64,000 nt of DNA from Candidatus Micrarchaeia archaeon (GTDB taxonomy: Archaea; Micrarchaeota; Micrarchaeia; Burarchaeales; Fermentimicrarchaeaceae), in NCBI GenBank assembly GCA_038871515.1, contig JAVZHX010000001.1:384001-448000 (forward strand), given 5' to 3'. Under the pieces are notes generated by a model, which worked only from the letters and a program-made list of their open reading frames with translations, was not told the DNA's origin and ran no database searches. The translations under genes were made by a program, and so were the position numbers. Below are positions 8,407 through 18,398 of this stretch, in pieces; the stretch's first letter is position 1, and every line of letters starts with the position of its first letter.

Positions 8407-11400
8407 ATGGCTGAGGGAAAAGTGACGCAGATTAAAAAGAGAGATGGGAGAATTGTTGAGTTTGATAAAAGCAAAATTACGAATGCAATTTTCAAAGCAG
8501 CTGTTGCAGTTGGAGGGGAGGATAAGGAGTTGGCTGAGAAGCTGGCGGACCAGGTTGTGGAGATTGTGAATGAGAGGTTTGCTGGTGGAATTCCAACTGT
8601 TGAGGATGTGCAGGATATTGTGGAGAAAGTTCTTATTGAGAATGGGCATGCGAAAACTGCAAAAGCGTACATTCTTTACAGGCAGAAGAGAGCAATTCTG
8701 AGAGAGTTGAAAGCAGAGCTGTTGAATGTACCTGTTGATGAAGTTGATAATAAGTTAACTGTGAATGCGATAAAGGTTTTGGAGAGAAGGTATTTGAGAA
8801 AGGATAAGAATGGGCAGGTGGTTGAAACACCAAAGCAGATGTTCAGGAGAGTTGCAAGGGCAATTGCAATTGTGGATATGTTGTATGACAGAAACGTTGA
8901 TACGCTTGCTGTTGAGGAGGAGTTTTACAATATGATGGTGAATTTGGAGTTTCTTCCAAATTCGCCAACGTTGATGAACGCAGGCACGGAAATAGGACAG
9001 CTTTCAGCTTGCTTTGTGCTTCCTGTTGAGGATTCGATTGAGAGTATTTTCAAAGCAGTGAAGGATACTGCGTTAATTCACCAAAGTGGTGGAGGGTGCA
9101 TTCTTGAGGGTTCAAAAGTTTTCACAACAATGTGTGGAATAGAGAATATAGAGGAAGTGTATGGGAAGTGTAGTGAAGGGAAGCAGGTTGTGAGGGAGGA
9201 AGGATGTGAGTGGGTGGATGTTTCGGATAGAGGTATTTACACTCTAGCATTTAATCCGGTTGATGGTTCATTCTTAAAAGATAGAGTAGTGAAAGTGTGG
9301 AAGTACAAAAATGTCAATCCAGCTTACAAAGTTGAAACAAGTGGAGGGAAGGTTATTACAAGCGCATGGCATCCTTTCTTTGTTTTAACTGAGAATGGTG
9401 TTGAGGAGAGACGTGCTGATGAGTTGAAAGTTGGGGATGTTGTTGTCAGAGCTAATGAAACTGTTCTTTCTGCTTGGCCATTTAAATCATTCAATCAAGT
9501 TGGAGATGTGGTGGTGGATGAGGAAGTTGCGTGGTTGCTTGGGTTCTGGAGTGGGGATGGGTCAGTTGGAAATTCAAAGAATGGATTGCGCTTCCGTCTT
9601 TTTGACGGTAGAGTGGACTGTCTTAAGAAAGCACAAAAAATATTGAGCGAAAAGTTTGGGGTGAATGTGAAAATACATAAAGATGGAAGAGGGGCGTATG
9701 TTTTAACAACAACAGATAAGAAGTTTGTTAGGAGTTGGCTTGCTCTCAACGGTGGGATTATTGGTTCAAAGGAGGGGAAGTTAAACGTGCCTTCTTTCAT
9801 AATAAAGTCTCCGTTGAGTGTGCTTTGCGCATACCTCGCTGGGCTTGTGGATTCGGACGGGTATGTTGATAATAGGAATTCAAGAGTTTCTTTTGCAACT
9901 ACTTCATGTGATTTGGCGGAGCAGCTTGTTTATGTTCTATCTCTTCTAACGCTCGAGCCAAGAATTAGAAAAAGGCTTCCGTATGGGAATGGCAGAAAAG
10001 TTGTTTATGAGGTTACTTTCACAACAAGAGAGAGAAGCAAAAAACTAAAGGAGCTTTTATTGCCGTATATAAGCGACAGTTTCAAGAGAGAGAGGCTTGC
10101 TAACCAAAAAAGTTCAAGGGCGGGCAGGGAGAGGTCGCTGCCAATAAAGTTTGAAGTTGTTGAGAAATTCTTGAAACAGTTAGGTGTGGAAACGTGTTCA
10201 ACTGAAATACACAGAAAACCTGTGCGAATTGGTAGTAAGAAATTTTGGCTGCATCGCTTTAAATGGGGGATGGGGGTGAATAGGTCGTACCTGCTTGAGC
10301 TGTTGCAGGAGATGCAAAAGGAAGTTAAGGGAGATGCAAAGGGGGAAGTTGCAAAGTTGATTAGAGTTGTGCAGACGTGTGCTGTTGTTAAAAAAATTAC
10401 AAAAATTAAAACGAACAAAGCTTTCTATGATTTTACAGTTGAGAGACATCAGAATTATCTTGCAGGCGTAAATGGTTTTGCTGTAGTTCACAATACTGGC
10501 TTCTCCTTCTCTCATCTCAGACCGAAGGGTGATGTTGTTAAGTCAACCGGTGGAATTGCAAGCGGCCCTGTTTCTTTCATGAGGGTGTTTGATGTTTCAA
10601 CAGACGTGATTAAACAGGGGGGGAAGAGAAGAGGAGCGAATATGGGAATTCTGAGGGTTGATCATCCGGATATATTGGAGTTCATAATGGCGAAGAGCAG
10701 CAATCATGCATTGAATAACTTCAATATTTCGGTTGCAATCACCGATAAGTTTATGGAAGCGCTTGAAAAGGATGTGGAGTATGAGTTAATTAACCCAAGG
10801 AATGGGGAGGTGGTTGATAAGCTGCCTGCTAGGAAAGTTTTCAAGCTGATTGTTCAGCAGGCGTGGAAGAATGGGGAGCCTGGAGTGATCTTCATTGATA
10901 GAATAAATGCAGCAAATCCAACTCCGTCTGTTGGGGTGATTGAGAGCACGAATCCATGCGTGGCTGGTGAAACATTGGTTTCAACAGAAAATGGTTTGGA
11001 GAGAATGGAGGAAATTGTGAGTCAGAACAAGGAAGTTAGGATTGCAACTGATGTCAGAGTTCCAATTGGAGTTCCAGAAGGCAGCGGTATGAAAATGCTT
11101 CTGAAGAATAAACAGTCCTGCGGCACTAAATTAAGAGCAGTATCGCATGTCTGGAAAGTTGGCCCAAGAGAAACAATGAAAGTTACAACAAAGGCGGGTT
11201 ATGAACTAACTGCAACGCCAGATCATAAAGTATTGACAGACGAGGGGTGGGTGGAGCTTGGAAATTTGGTTCCGAATAAGCATAAAGTGCTCATACAATC
11301 GGGGGAGGGGCACTTCAGCAAAAATTATATACTGCCTTTTAAAGTGGAATTCAAATTCAAAGGTTTGAATGGTCGTATTTACACACATAATTTTCCAGAG

Positions 11401-13200
11401 AAGTGGTCTAAAGAGCTCGGCCAGGTTTTGGGTTGGCTTGTTGGTGATGGTTGGTTGGTTGAGCATAAAAAGAATTGTAGGGTGGGCTTTACTTTTTCAA
11501 AAGAAGATTTAGAGATGTTAAATTACTTTAAACCAATTATTGACGGAATGTATGGAGAAAAGGTGAAAGAAGTTAAAAGAGGAAATGGAGTGGTTCATTT
11601 ATCATACCATTCAAAATATTTTGTTGATTTTTTCAAGAAGTTGGGTGTAGAAAGTGTTGGTGGGGATAGCAAAGTTGTTCCGAAAAGTATTTTTACTGCA
11701 CCAAAAGAAGCAGTGGTAGGATTTCTACAAGCCCTGTTCAGTTCTGATGGGACAGTGAGAGATAGTAAAAAAAGTGAAAGTGATTGGGTTGCTCTTACAT
11801 CAAAGAGTTTGAAGTTGATTCAAGATGTTCAATTATTGCTTTTGAATTTTGGGATAAAAAGTGTCATCTATAACCGTTCAAGAGCACCAAGAGATGGTTT
11901 ATTCGAATACATTGGAAAGGATGGTAAAAAGAAAACATATTCTTCAGATGGAGTGTTGTTTGAGCTGGGAATTTTTGGGTTGAATATAGATTTATTCAAA
12001 AAGAAGATAGGGTTTATGGATTCCAGAAAAATGCGTAGGTTGAACAGGATAAGATATAGAAAACGAAGAGCTCAGCAATTCTTTGATACTGTTGTTAGAG
12101 TTGAAAGAAGTGGCGTGAAGGATGTATTCGATTTAACAGAACCGTTAACACATTCCATGATTTGTAATGGTTTGGTGGTTCATCAGTGTGGTGAACAACC
12201 TCTCTTGCCTTACGAGTCGTGCAATCTGGGTTCAATAAACCTTGCGAGAATGGTGAACGAGAAGGGTGAAATTGACTGGGAGAAGTTAAAGAGAGTTGTT
12301 TGGTCAGCAGTGCATTTTCTTGATAATGTGATTGATGCGAATAAATACCCAATTCCTGAAATTGAGAAAATGACGAAAGCGAACAGGAAGATTGGGTTGG
12401 GTGTTATGGGGTTTGCTGACATGCTTTTCCAGTTGGGAGTTCCGTATGATTCTGAGCAGGCAGTTGAAATTGCTGAAAAAGTTATGAAGTTCATAGATGA
12501 GGAAAGCAAGAAAGCATCTGCTGCGCTTGCGAAGAAGAGAGGTGCTTTCCCGAATTTTGAGAAGAGTGTGTATAAGCAGAAAGGTTTTCCAAAGCTGAGG
12601 AATGCAACAACGACAACGATTGCGCCAACTGGAACTTTGAGCATAATTGCTGGTTGCTCAAGTGGGATAGAACCGCTTTTTGCAATTGCGTATATAAGGA
12701 GAGTGATGGACAACACCGAGCTTTTGGAGGTGCATCCTGTTTTTGAGAGAATTGCAAGGAAGGAGGGGTTCTACAGTTTGGAGTTGATAAGAAAAATTGC
12801 CAGAACAGGAGGGGTGAGCAACGTTGAGGAAGTCCCTGAAAAGTGGAGGAAAGTTTTCAGAGTTGCATATGATGTTTCTCCGGAGTGGCATGTTAGAATA
12901 CAGGCTGCTTTCCAGAAGCATACTGATAATGCAGTTTCAAAAACGATAAACTTTCCGGTGGATGCAACTCCCGAGGATGTGGAGAAGGTGTATCTGCTTG
13001 CGTATAAACTTGGGTGCAAGGGAGTTACTGTTTACAGGGATAAGAGCAGGGAGGGGCAGGTGCTGAGCATTGAAGCATTTAAGAAAGGAACACCAGAGAA
13101 AATTGTGGAGGAGAGCGTTGTTTCCCATCCTGCAGGTGCTGAGGAGAATGGAGCGGTTTCAAGTGAGTATGTTGGTGGATGTAGAACGTGTCATGCGTAG
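8407..13200 (+). CDS. nrdJ: Adenosylcobalamin-dependent (class II) ribonucleotide reductase with N-terminal ATP cone and two inteins
   Basis: ATP cone IKKRDGR; PNSPTLMNAG, LSACFV, KQGGKRRGANM, TNP|CGEQPL, ESCNLGS, TIAPTGT; C-terminal CxxC. Confidence 0.96.
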   Translation: MAEGKVTQIKKRDGRIVEFDKSKITNAIFKAAVAVGGEDKELAEKLADQVVEIVNERFAGGIPTVEDVQDIVEKVLIENGHAKTAKAYILYRQKRAILRELKAELLNVPVDEVDNKLTVNAIKVLERRYLRKDKNGQVVETPKQMFRRVARAIAIVDMLYDRNVDTLAVEEEFYNMMVNLEFLPNSPTLMNAGTEIGQLSACFVLPVEDSIESIFKAVKDTALIHQSGGGCILEGSKVFTTMCGIENIEEVYGKCSEGKQVVREEGCEWVDVSDRGIYTLAFNPVDGSFLKDRVVKVWKYKNVNPAYKVETSGGKVITSAWHPFFVLTENGVEERRADELKVGDVVVRANETVLSAWPFKSFNQVGDVVVDEEVAWLLGFWSGDGSVGNSKNGLRFRLFDGRVDCLKKAQKILSEKFGVNVKIHKDGRGAYVLTTTDKKFVRSWLALNGGIIGSKEGKLNVPSFIIKSPLSVLCAYLAGLVDSDGYVDNRNSRVSFATTSCDLAEQLVYVLSLLTLEPRIRKRLPYGNGRKVVYEVTFTTRERSKKLKELLLPYISDSFKRERLANQKSSRAGRERSLPIKFEVVEKFLKQLGVETCSTEIHRKPVRIGSKKFWLHRFKWGMGVNRSYLLELLQEMQKEVKGDAKGEVAKLIRVVQTCAVVKKITKIKTNKAFYDFTVERHQNYLAGVNGFAVVHNTGFSFSHLRPKGDVVKSTGGIASGPVSFMRVFDVSTDVIKQGGKRRGANMGILRVDHPDILEFIMAKSSNHALNNFNISVAITDKFMEALEKDVEYELINPRNGEVVDKLPARKVFKLIVQQAWKNGEPGVIFIDRINAANPTPSVGVIESTNPCVAGETLVSTENGLERMEEIVSQNKEVRIATDVRVPIGVPEGSGMKMLLKNKQSCGTKLRAVSHVWKVGPRETMKVTTKAGYELTATPDHKVLTDEGWVELGNLVPNKHKVLIQSGEGHFSKNYILPFKVEFKFKGLNGRIYTHNFPEKWSKELGQVLGWLVGDGWLVEHKKNCRVGFTFSKEDLEMLNYFKPIIDGMYGEKVKEVKRGNGVVHLSYHSKYFVDFFKKLGVESVGGDSKVVPKSIFTAPKEAVVGFLQALFSSDGTVRDSKKSESDWVALTSKSLKLIQDVQLLLLNFGIKSVIYNRSRAPRDGLFEYIGKDGKKKTYSSDGVLFELGIFGLNIDLFKKKIGFMDSRKMRRLNRIRYRKRRAQQFFDTVVRVERSGVKDVFDLTEPLTHSMICNGLVVHQCGEQPLLPYESCNLGSINLARMVNEKGEIDWEKLKRVVWSAVHFLDNVIDANKYPIPEIEKMTKANRKIGLGVMGFADMLFQLGVPYDSEQAVEIAEKVMKFIDEESKKASAALAKKRGAFPNFEKSVYKQKGFPKLRNATTTTIAPTGTLSIIAGCSSGIEPLFAIAYIRRVMDNTELLEVHPVFERIARKEGFYSLELIRKIARTGGVSNVEEVPEKWRKVFRVAYDVSPEWHVRIQAAFQKHTDNAVSKTINFPVDATPEDVEKVYLLAYKLGCKGVTVYRDKSREGQVLSIEAFKKGTPEKIVEESVVSHPAGAEENGAVSSEYVGGCRTCHA
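9097..10494 (+). mobile_element. Intein 1 in NrdJ (466 aa) with LAGLIDADG homing endonuclease
   Basis: GGG|CILEGS...FYDFTV...VVHN|TG; WLLGFWSGDG and YLAGLVDSDG. Confidence 0.93.
10957..12186 (+). mobile_element. Intein 2 in NrdJ (410 aa) with LAGLIDADG endonuclease, ending in Gln
   Basis: TNP|CVAGET...TPDH...VFDLTEP...VVHQ|CGE; LGWLVGDG and FLQALFSSDG. Confidence 0.93.
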
Positions 13201-13208
13201 GTTTTTGG

Positions 13209-13862
13209 ATGACTGAGGCACTTTTCTGGAAAGATCCGTATATGAAGGAGTTTGAGGGAAGAATTGTTTCAGTTAATGGAAGGGAGGTTGTGCTTGACAG
13301 GAGCTGCTTCTTCCCGCAAGGGGGAGGGCAGGTTGGCGATACAGGTTTTTTGAATGATGTGAGAGTGATTGATACAAGAAAAGATGAAAGTTATAATGTG
13401 ATTCATTTTCTTGAGAGGGAAGCGCCTTTCCAAGTTGGTGAAGTTGTGAAAGGTAAGATAGATTGGGAGAGGAGGTATAGGATAATGAGGTTGCATTCGG
13501 CAGCGCATGTTGTTTATTATCTGATGATTGAAACTTTTGGGGAGAGCTGTAAACTTGCTTCATCGGGTATTGTGAATGAGAAAAAAGATATAACGGATTA
13601 TTTGATTGATTCTTTCAGCAGGGAGAAGCTTGCAGAGGTTGAGAGAAGAGCAAATGAAATTATAAAGAAGGGTGGGGAGATAAGGACGTGGAGCGATGAG
13701 CAAAAGTTAAATTATCGTTACTGGGAGATTGATGGTTTTCCAAAGATGCCGTGCGGTGGAACCCACCCAAAAAGGTTGGAGGAGATTGGTGAAATAATTG
13801 TTCAAAGAGGTAAAAAACCGGGTGCTGGGAAGGAGAGGGTGGAGATACTGCTCAGAAACTAA
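13209..13862 (+). CDS. alaXM: Alanyl-tRNA editing protein AlaX-M
   Basis: FFPQGGGQVGDTG, RLHSAAH, PCGGTH. Confidence 0.9.
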   Translation: MTEALFWKDPYMKEFEGRIVSVNGREVVLDRSCFFPQGGGQVGDTGFLNDVRVIDTRKDESYNVIHFLEREAPFQVGEVVKGKIDWERRYRIMRLHSAAHVVYYLMIETFGESCKLASSGIVNEKKDITDYLIDSFSREKLAEVERRANEIIKKGGEIRTWSDEQKLNYRYWEIDGFPKMPCGGTHPKRLEEIGEIIVQRGKKPGAGKERVEILLRN

Positions 13863-13890
13863 TAAAAAAGAATGAAGAGAAATTGATGAC

Positions 13891-14312
13891 ATGGATTGGA
13901 AGAAATTTGTAAAGCCAGATAAAAGAGTGCTGATGGTTTTCTTAGTCTTAGTTGTATTGTCCGTAGTAATATCAATATTTGTCCGAGGTTCGGCAGGGCA
14001 CCACCGGGATCAGTGTCTGAAAGAGACGCAGGGTCATAAGTTGTGTGATTATATTACTGGGTGGGGGTTTCCTTTTATGTGGATTAATATACACACGGAT
14101 AACGCAGGGTACGAAAGGGATTACTGTAACGATCCAAGTAGATTTTGTGATGTACTTGCATGCTGATAGGTGTTCAAATGTGTGTACGGGTTATGATGTT
14201 TGATCTTGTGAATTTCAGTTTGGATATGATTATTCTGTATCTTGTGGCATTATTGGTTGTGCGCGTTTATGACTATTTGTTCAAAAAGAAAAGTAAGGAA
14301 AAGAAGCGTTAG
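13891..14312 (+). pseudogene. Membrane protein, apparently frameshifted near 14150-14200
   Basis: The ORF stops at 14166. A second TM segment with a basic tail (FDLVNFSLDMIILYLVALLVVRVYDYLFKKKSKEKKR*) continues in another frame to 14312. Confidence 0.5.
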
Positions 14313-14845
14313 AATTTCTCATAATGAATGATTTCAGTTAATTTTCTTCTTTCTTTAGCTTGTGGTTTCTCATCTGGGTAGCCAACTGCAATTATTCCAA
14401 TTATTTCATATTTTTCAGGTATTTTGAAAAATTTCTTAAGTTCATTTATTGTTTTTTCAACTGCAAGCGGTCTGTACAGCCAAACGCTTCCCAAACCAAG
14501 TGCAGTTGCTGCAAGCAGCATGTTTTCAACAGCAGCTGCTGTGGAAAGTTTGTGGGCTATTTTTTCAGTGTCAGAAAGAGTGATGATAAGAACTGCGTTT
14601 TCAATGAATTCTGTATTCTGCTTGTAGAAGCCTGCTGTGCTTGAAGCTTCGTCGTATATTTCTCTTACTTTTTTCCTTCCTTCGTTGCTGCGCACAATTA
14701 TGAATTCCCATGGTTGGGTGTTCATTGCAGAAGGAGCCCACCTGCCAGCCTCAATTATTTTTTCAATTAATTCAAAAGGAACCTCCTTTTTCTTGAATTT
14801 TCTTACCATTCTTCTTTCCTTCACAACGGTGAAGAAGTCAGGCAT
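14309..14845 (-). CDS. Nitroreductase family protein
   Basis: RRMVRKF, APSAMNTQPWEF, ENMLLAATALGLGSVW, VGYP. Confidence 0.92.
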   Translation of the reverse strand: MPDFFTVVKERRMVRKFKKKEVPFELIEKIIEAGRWAPSAMNTQPWEFIIVRSNEGRKKVREIYDEASSTAGFYKQNTEFIENAVLIITLSDTEKIAHKLSTAAAVENMLLAATALGLGSVWLYRPLAVEKTINELKKFFKIPEKYEIIGIIAVGYPDEKPQAKERRKLTEIIHYEKF

Positions 14846-14877
14846 GTTTTAATTTTTATATACCTATTTAAATAATT

Positions 14878-15243
14878 ATGAAGCTTCTGGAATGGTTGTT
14901 TGGTGTTGTGCTTCACGTTTTTCTTTTTTTCTCCTGGTGTGTTGGGGTTTGGTTGCAGCTGTATGGGGATTTTTGGAGTGGTGTAACTATTGTGGTGCTT
15001 GTGCTTCTTGTTGAGTTAGTGAGGGAGCTGTGGGGGGTGAGGAGGGTTAAGAAGATGGGGTGGTTGAAGATAGCTGGATGGTGCTTTGGTGCTTTCCTTT
15101 CCCTTTTCTTTTTAATTTTCACTGCAGTTATTGCAGTTGTTTTTGGCAGTAGAACGTGGCATATTCTGCTTTTCAACACTGCGCTTTCCACGCTTGTTTT
15201 TCTTTTTGGTTCGGCAGTGATGTTCTGGAGGAGCAGAAAATGA
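14878..15243 (+). CDS. Membrane protein
   Basis: Four hydrophobic segments; stop overlaps the next ATG. Confidence 0.65.
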   Translation: MKLLEWLFGVVLHVFLFFSWCVGVWLQLYGDFWSGVTIVVLVLLVELVRELWGVRRVKKMGWLKIAGWCFGAFLSLFFLIFTAVIAVVFGSRTWHILLFNTALSTLVFLFGSAVMFWRSRK

Positions 15244-16034
15244 AAATAGATGAGAAAATAAGGGCGATTGAGGAGGAGATGGCGAGGACGCAGTATCATA
15301 AGGGAACGGAGCACCATTTTGGTAAATTAAAGGCAAAGCTGGCTCAGCTGAGAAAGATGGCTGCTCAGAAAAGGGGTGGTGGGAAGAGGTTTTCTGTGAG
15401 AAAAAGTGGTGATGCAACTGTTGTCTTAATTGGGAGGGCGTTTGTTGGAAAGTCAAGTTTGTTTAATAGATTAACTGGCGCAAACTCGGAGGTGGGGGAC
15501 CATCCTTACACAACGCAGAAAGTGATTCCAGGTATTATGAGTTACAATGGTGTTCAGATTCAAATTCTTGATACGCCTGCTTTGGAGCTTGCTGAAGGGG
15601 AGATACTTTCTTTTGCGTCAATAGCGGATTTGGTTGTTGTGGTGTGTGAAGCTGGAGAGGATGTGAGCGGAATTGTTGATAAATTAAAGGGCAAGCTGTT
15701 GGTTGTTGTTAATAAATGCGATGTGAAAGAAGCTGAAGGTTTGTGCGTTTCTGCTTTAACGGGGGAGGGAGTGGAGAAGCTGAGGGAGGAAATTTATAAT
15801 AAGTTGAGGTTGGTTAGGGTGTATATGAAGCCACGGGGAGGGAGGGTTGATTTCAGCAGGCCGCTTGTTTTAAAAGAGGGTGCAACTGTCAGGGATGTTT
15901 GGGAGAAGCTGAGGTTGAAGGGGGAGATGGAGCATGCAGTTGTTTGGGGGAAGTCTGCAAAGTTTCCTGGGCAGAAGGTGGGAGAGGAGCATGTTCTAAA
16001 AGATGGGGATGTGATAACAATTGCGGTGAAGTGA
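15240..16034 (+). CDS. DRG/Obg-family GTPase with TGS domain (short form)
   Basis: TQYHKGTEHH, GRAFVGKS, PYTT, NKCD, VSA, WGKSAKFPGQKVG..H.L.DGDV. Confidence 0.85.
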   Translation: MKIDEKIRAIEEEMARTQYHKGTEHHFGKLKAKLAQLRKMAAQKRGGGKRFSVRKSGDATVVLIGRAFVGKSSLFNRLTGANSEVGDHPYTTQKVIPGIMSYNGVQIQILDTPALELAEGEILSFASIADLVVVVCEAGEDVSGIVDKLKGKLLVVVNKCDVKEAEGLCVSALTGEGVEKLREEIYNKLRLVRVYMKPRGGRVDFSRPLVLKEGATVRDVWEKLRLKGEMEHAVVWGKSAKFPGQKVGEEHVLKDGDVITIAVK

Positions 16035-16456
16035 TGGTTTCGCTGAAGTATTGGGAGTGGGAGGATGCGGTGCTGAAGGAGAAGTTGAAAGCACTTTCTG
16101 TTAAAGAAATTGCAAGGGTTTATTTCAAAAATGAAACGCAAGCGTATAGATTTGCTTCTGCGCTGCTGCTTGTGAAAAGAAAAGGTGCGGTTAGGTTGAG
16201 GGAGTGCCCGGAGGAGCTGCCCGTTGCAACGTGGAAGAGGTATTTGGATTTTGGGGTGCAGGTTGGAATTCTGAAGCATGAGGATGAGGTTTATTCATTC
16301 ACAGATAGATTCACAAAACCATTGAAAAACTTTGGAGTGTATATTAGGGAGTGGGTGGAGAAAGGAAATCCAAATGAGGATTTGGGGATGATGTTTGCGC
16401 TTGCAAGAAGAGAGAAGGAGAAGAAAAGAGGGGGGAGAGCTATCTCTTCGCCATAG
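16034..16456 (+). CDS. Hypothetical protein (possible winged-helix fold)
   Basis: Likely start MVSLKYW coupled to the GTPase stop. Confidence 0.6.
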   Translation: MVSLKYWEWEDAVLKEKLKALSVKEIARVYFKNETQAYRFASALLLVKRKGAVRLRECPEELPVATWKRYLDFGVQVGILKHEDEVYSFTDRFTKPLKNFGVYIREWVEKGNPNEDLGMMFALARREKEKKRGGRAISSP

Positions 16457-17540
16457 CAGCAAGCACCCTTTCCCTTGCAATTGTCATCGCAGCATCTCTT
16501 GGTGAAATTGAATCACTCTTGGCTTTTTCAAGTATTAATTTAGTATTCCTCTTTATTTTCTCACTGATTAACTGGAAAGCCTGAGCGACGTTTCCTCCAA
16601 TGTGCTCAGTGTATGAGGAGATAACTCCACCTGCATTTGCAATTATGTCTGGAACGATGATGACTCCTCTTTCATAAAGCATTCGCTCGCTTCCGGGAGT
16701 TGCGGGTATGTTGGCTGCCTCAACAATTATTTTTGCTTTTATTATGCTCACATCTCTTTCAGTTATAACATCTGGCCTTGCTCCTGGTATCAGTATATCA
16801 ACAGGCAAGCTGAACAGCTCCTCTGTTGCAAGCTTCTTTCCAGAAGGATGCTCACAAACTGCTCCCTTCTCCTTTTTTGTTTTCATAAGCTCCTCGTAAT
16901 CAAGTCCTGCTTCATCATAGATTGCTCCCTTTGAGTCAGAAACTGCAACAATTTTTGCTCCTTTTTCTGAAAGGAATTTCATTGTGAAAGTTCCAACGTT
17001 GCCAAACCCCTCAATTGCAACAGTTGCTCCCTTTAAACTTATGCCTGCAAATTCAGCTGCAACTTCTGTTGATTCCGCAACTCCAAAACCGGTTGAGCCT
17101 GTTTCATGTGGTATTCCTCCAAGAGAAGCAGGCTTGCCTGTTGCTGCTTTTGGGTTTCCAACTCCCTCAACGAATGCTCTCATTTCCTCTGCCCCAGTAT
17201 TCATATCAGGAGCTGCGATGTATTCGTTTGGGCAGAGCGATTTCAAAGCAGCTCCAAAAGTTCGGAGCATGTATTGCCTGTCACCTTTTGGGTCTCCACG
17301 TATTCCGCTTTTCGCTCCTCCAAAAGGAAGCTCCGCAATTGCATTCTTCCACGTCATTGCCCTTGCAAGCCTTGCAACTTCCTTAACAGTTACATCTGGC
17401 GTTAACCTTATCCCTCCTTTTCCAACTCCTAAAGCAGTGTTATCTATTACAAGTATTCCCTTCATCCCTGTTTTTGGGTCGTAGGTTACAATTGTTTTCT
17501 CTGGGCCGAATTCATCAGTTATTTTATTGTTGTTCTCCAT
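16440..17540 (-). CDS. gdhA: Glu/Leu/Phe/Val dehydrogenase
   Basis: GKGGIR, MTWKNA, GGAKSG, APDMNT, ATGKP, EGFGNVG, EAAN, NAGGV. Confidence 0.9.
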   Translation of the reverse strand: MENNNKITDEFGPEKTIVTYDPKTGMKGILVIDNTALGVGKGGIRLTPDVTVKEVARLARAMTWKNAIAELPFGGAKSGIRGDPKGDRQYMLRTFGAALKSLCPNEYIAAPDMNTGAEEMRAFVEGVGNPKAATGKPASLGGIPHETGSTGFGVAESTEVAAEFAGISLKGATVAIEGFGNVGTFTMKFLSEKGAKIVAVSDSKGAIYDEAGLDYEELMKTKKEKGAVCEHPSGKKLATEELFSLPVDILIPGARPDVITERDVSIIKAKIIVEAANIPATPGSERMLYERGVIIVPDIIANAGGVISSYTEHIGGNVAQAFQLISEKIKRNTKLILEKAKSDSISPRDAAMTIARERVLAAMAKR

Positions 17541-17587
17541 CTGATCGCCTCGGAGAATAAGTTTAAGTTGAGAAAAGAATAAAAAGG

Positions 17588-18031
17588 GTGGGGAGCAATA
17601 GGATAGAAGGTGGTTTGGTGAAGCTTCTTGATTTGTTTGGCAAGAAGGATGTGGGAGAGGAGCTCACAAAAAAGGTTCCTTATGCGATGAAGCTGAGTTT
17701 TCATCCTTACAGGTTGAATGCAAATAAAATGGAAAGCGTGATGTTGATTATTGAGCTGAAAAATCTTAAGGAGGAGCCACTGCTCACCTCAGTTATTGTT
17801 AAACTTCCGAAAAATTTGGGGTTTGACCAGACTGCTTTATCAAGCACAAGAGAGATAAGGCTGGGGGATTTGAAGCCGGGTGAGGAGAAAGTGGTGAGAG
17901 TGGATGTGTGGGGCAACCCAAGGACGGATGCAGGAGAGTATCCAGTTGAAGTGACTGCAATCTGCCATTACAGAAATTACAGCTATGTTTTGAATGCTGA
18001 GAAAAAAGAGATAACGCTGAGGGTTGTTTAG
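17588..18031 (+). CDS. Hypothetical beta-sandwich (Ig-like) protein
   Basis: LGDLKPGEEKVV...GEYPVEV pattern; start uncertain. Confidence 0.6.
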   Translation: MGSNRIEGGLVKLLDLFGKKDVGEELTKKVPYAMKLSFHPYRLNANKMESVMLIIELKNLKEEPLLTSVIVKLPKNLGFDQTALSSTREIRLGDLKPGEEKVVRVDVWGNPRTDAGEYPVEVTAICHYRNYSYVLNAEKKEITLRVV

Positions 18032-18316
18032 TTACTTCTGCGGTGTTTTTTCCTCCTCAAGCTTCTGCATGAGTTCACTTAGCGAAGTTGCGAGCTGCAT
18101 TCCTTTTTCAGTGAGTTTTATTTTTTTCAATCTTCCCTTTGGCTCAACGGTTATAAGGTTGGATTTTTTAAGTTCTTTAAGGAGTTTTACTGTGTGAACG
18201 TATGTGGTGCTGCACGCTGAAGCCAGGTTTGATGCATACCACTCCTTTGAAGCGTCCTTGAGCTGAAGGAAGATGCAGAGTGGCTTTTTTCTGAAGATAA
18301 TTTCTTTCAATCCCAC
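18032..18316 (-). CDS. Winged-helix (MarR-like) transcriptional regulator
   Basis: YASNLA...TYVHTVKLLKEL...GRLKKIKLTEKG. Confidence 0.8.
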   Translation of the reverse strand: MGLKEIIFRKKPLCIFLQLKDASKEWYASNLASACSTTYVHTVKLLKELKKSNLITVEPKGRLKKIKLTEKGMQLATSLSELMQKLEEEKTPQK

Positions 18317-18398
18317 AGGTTTATTATTGAGCTCACTTCTTAAAAACGTAACCTTTTTAAATAGAAAAGTGAAAAAGTGAAACGTAAGTGGTGATTGG

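Noticed and set aside
14161..14169. Selenocysteine or pyrrolysine readthrough at TGC-TGA-TAG
   Set aside because: Two consecutive stops, and the downstream coding-like segment is in a different frame
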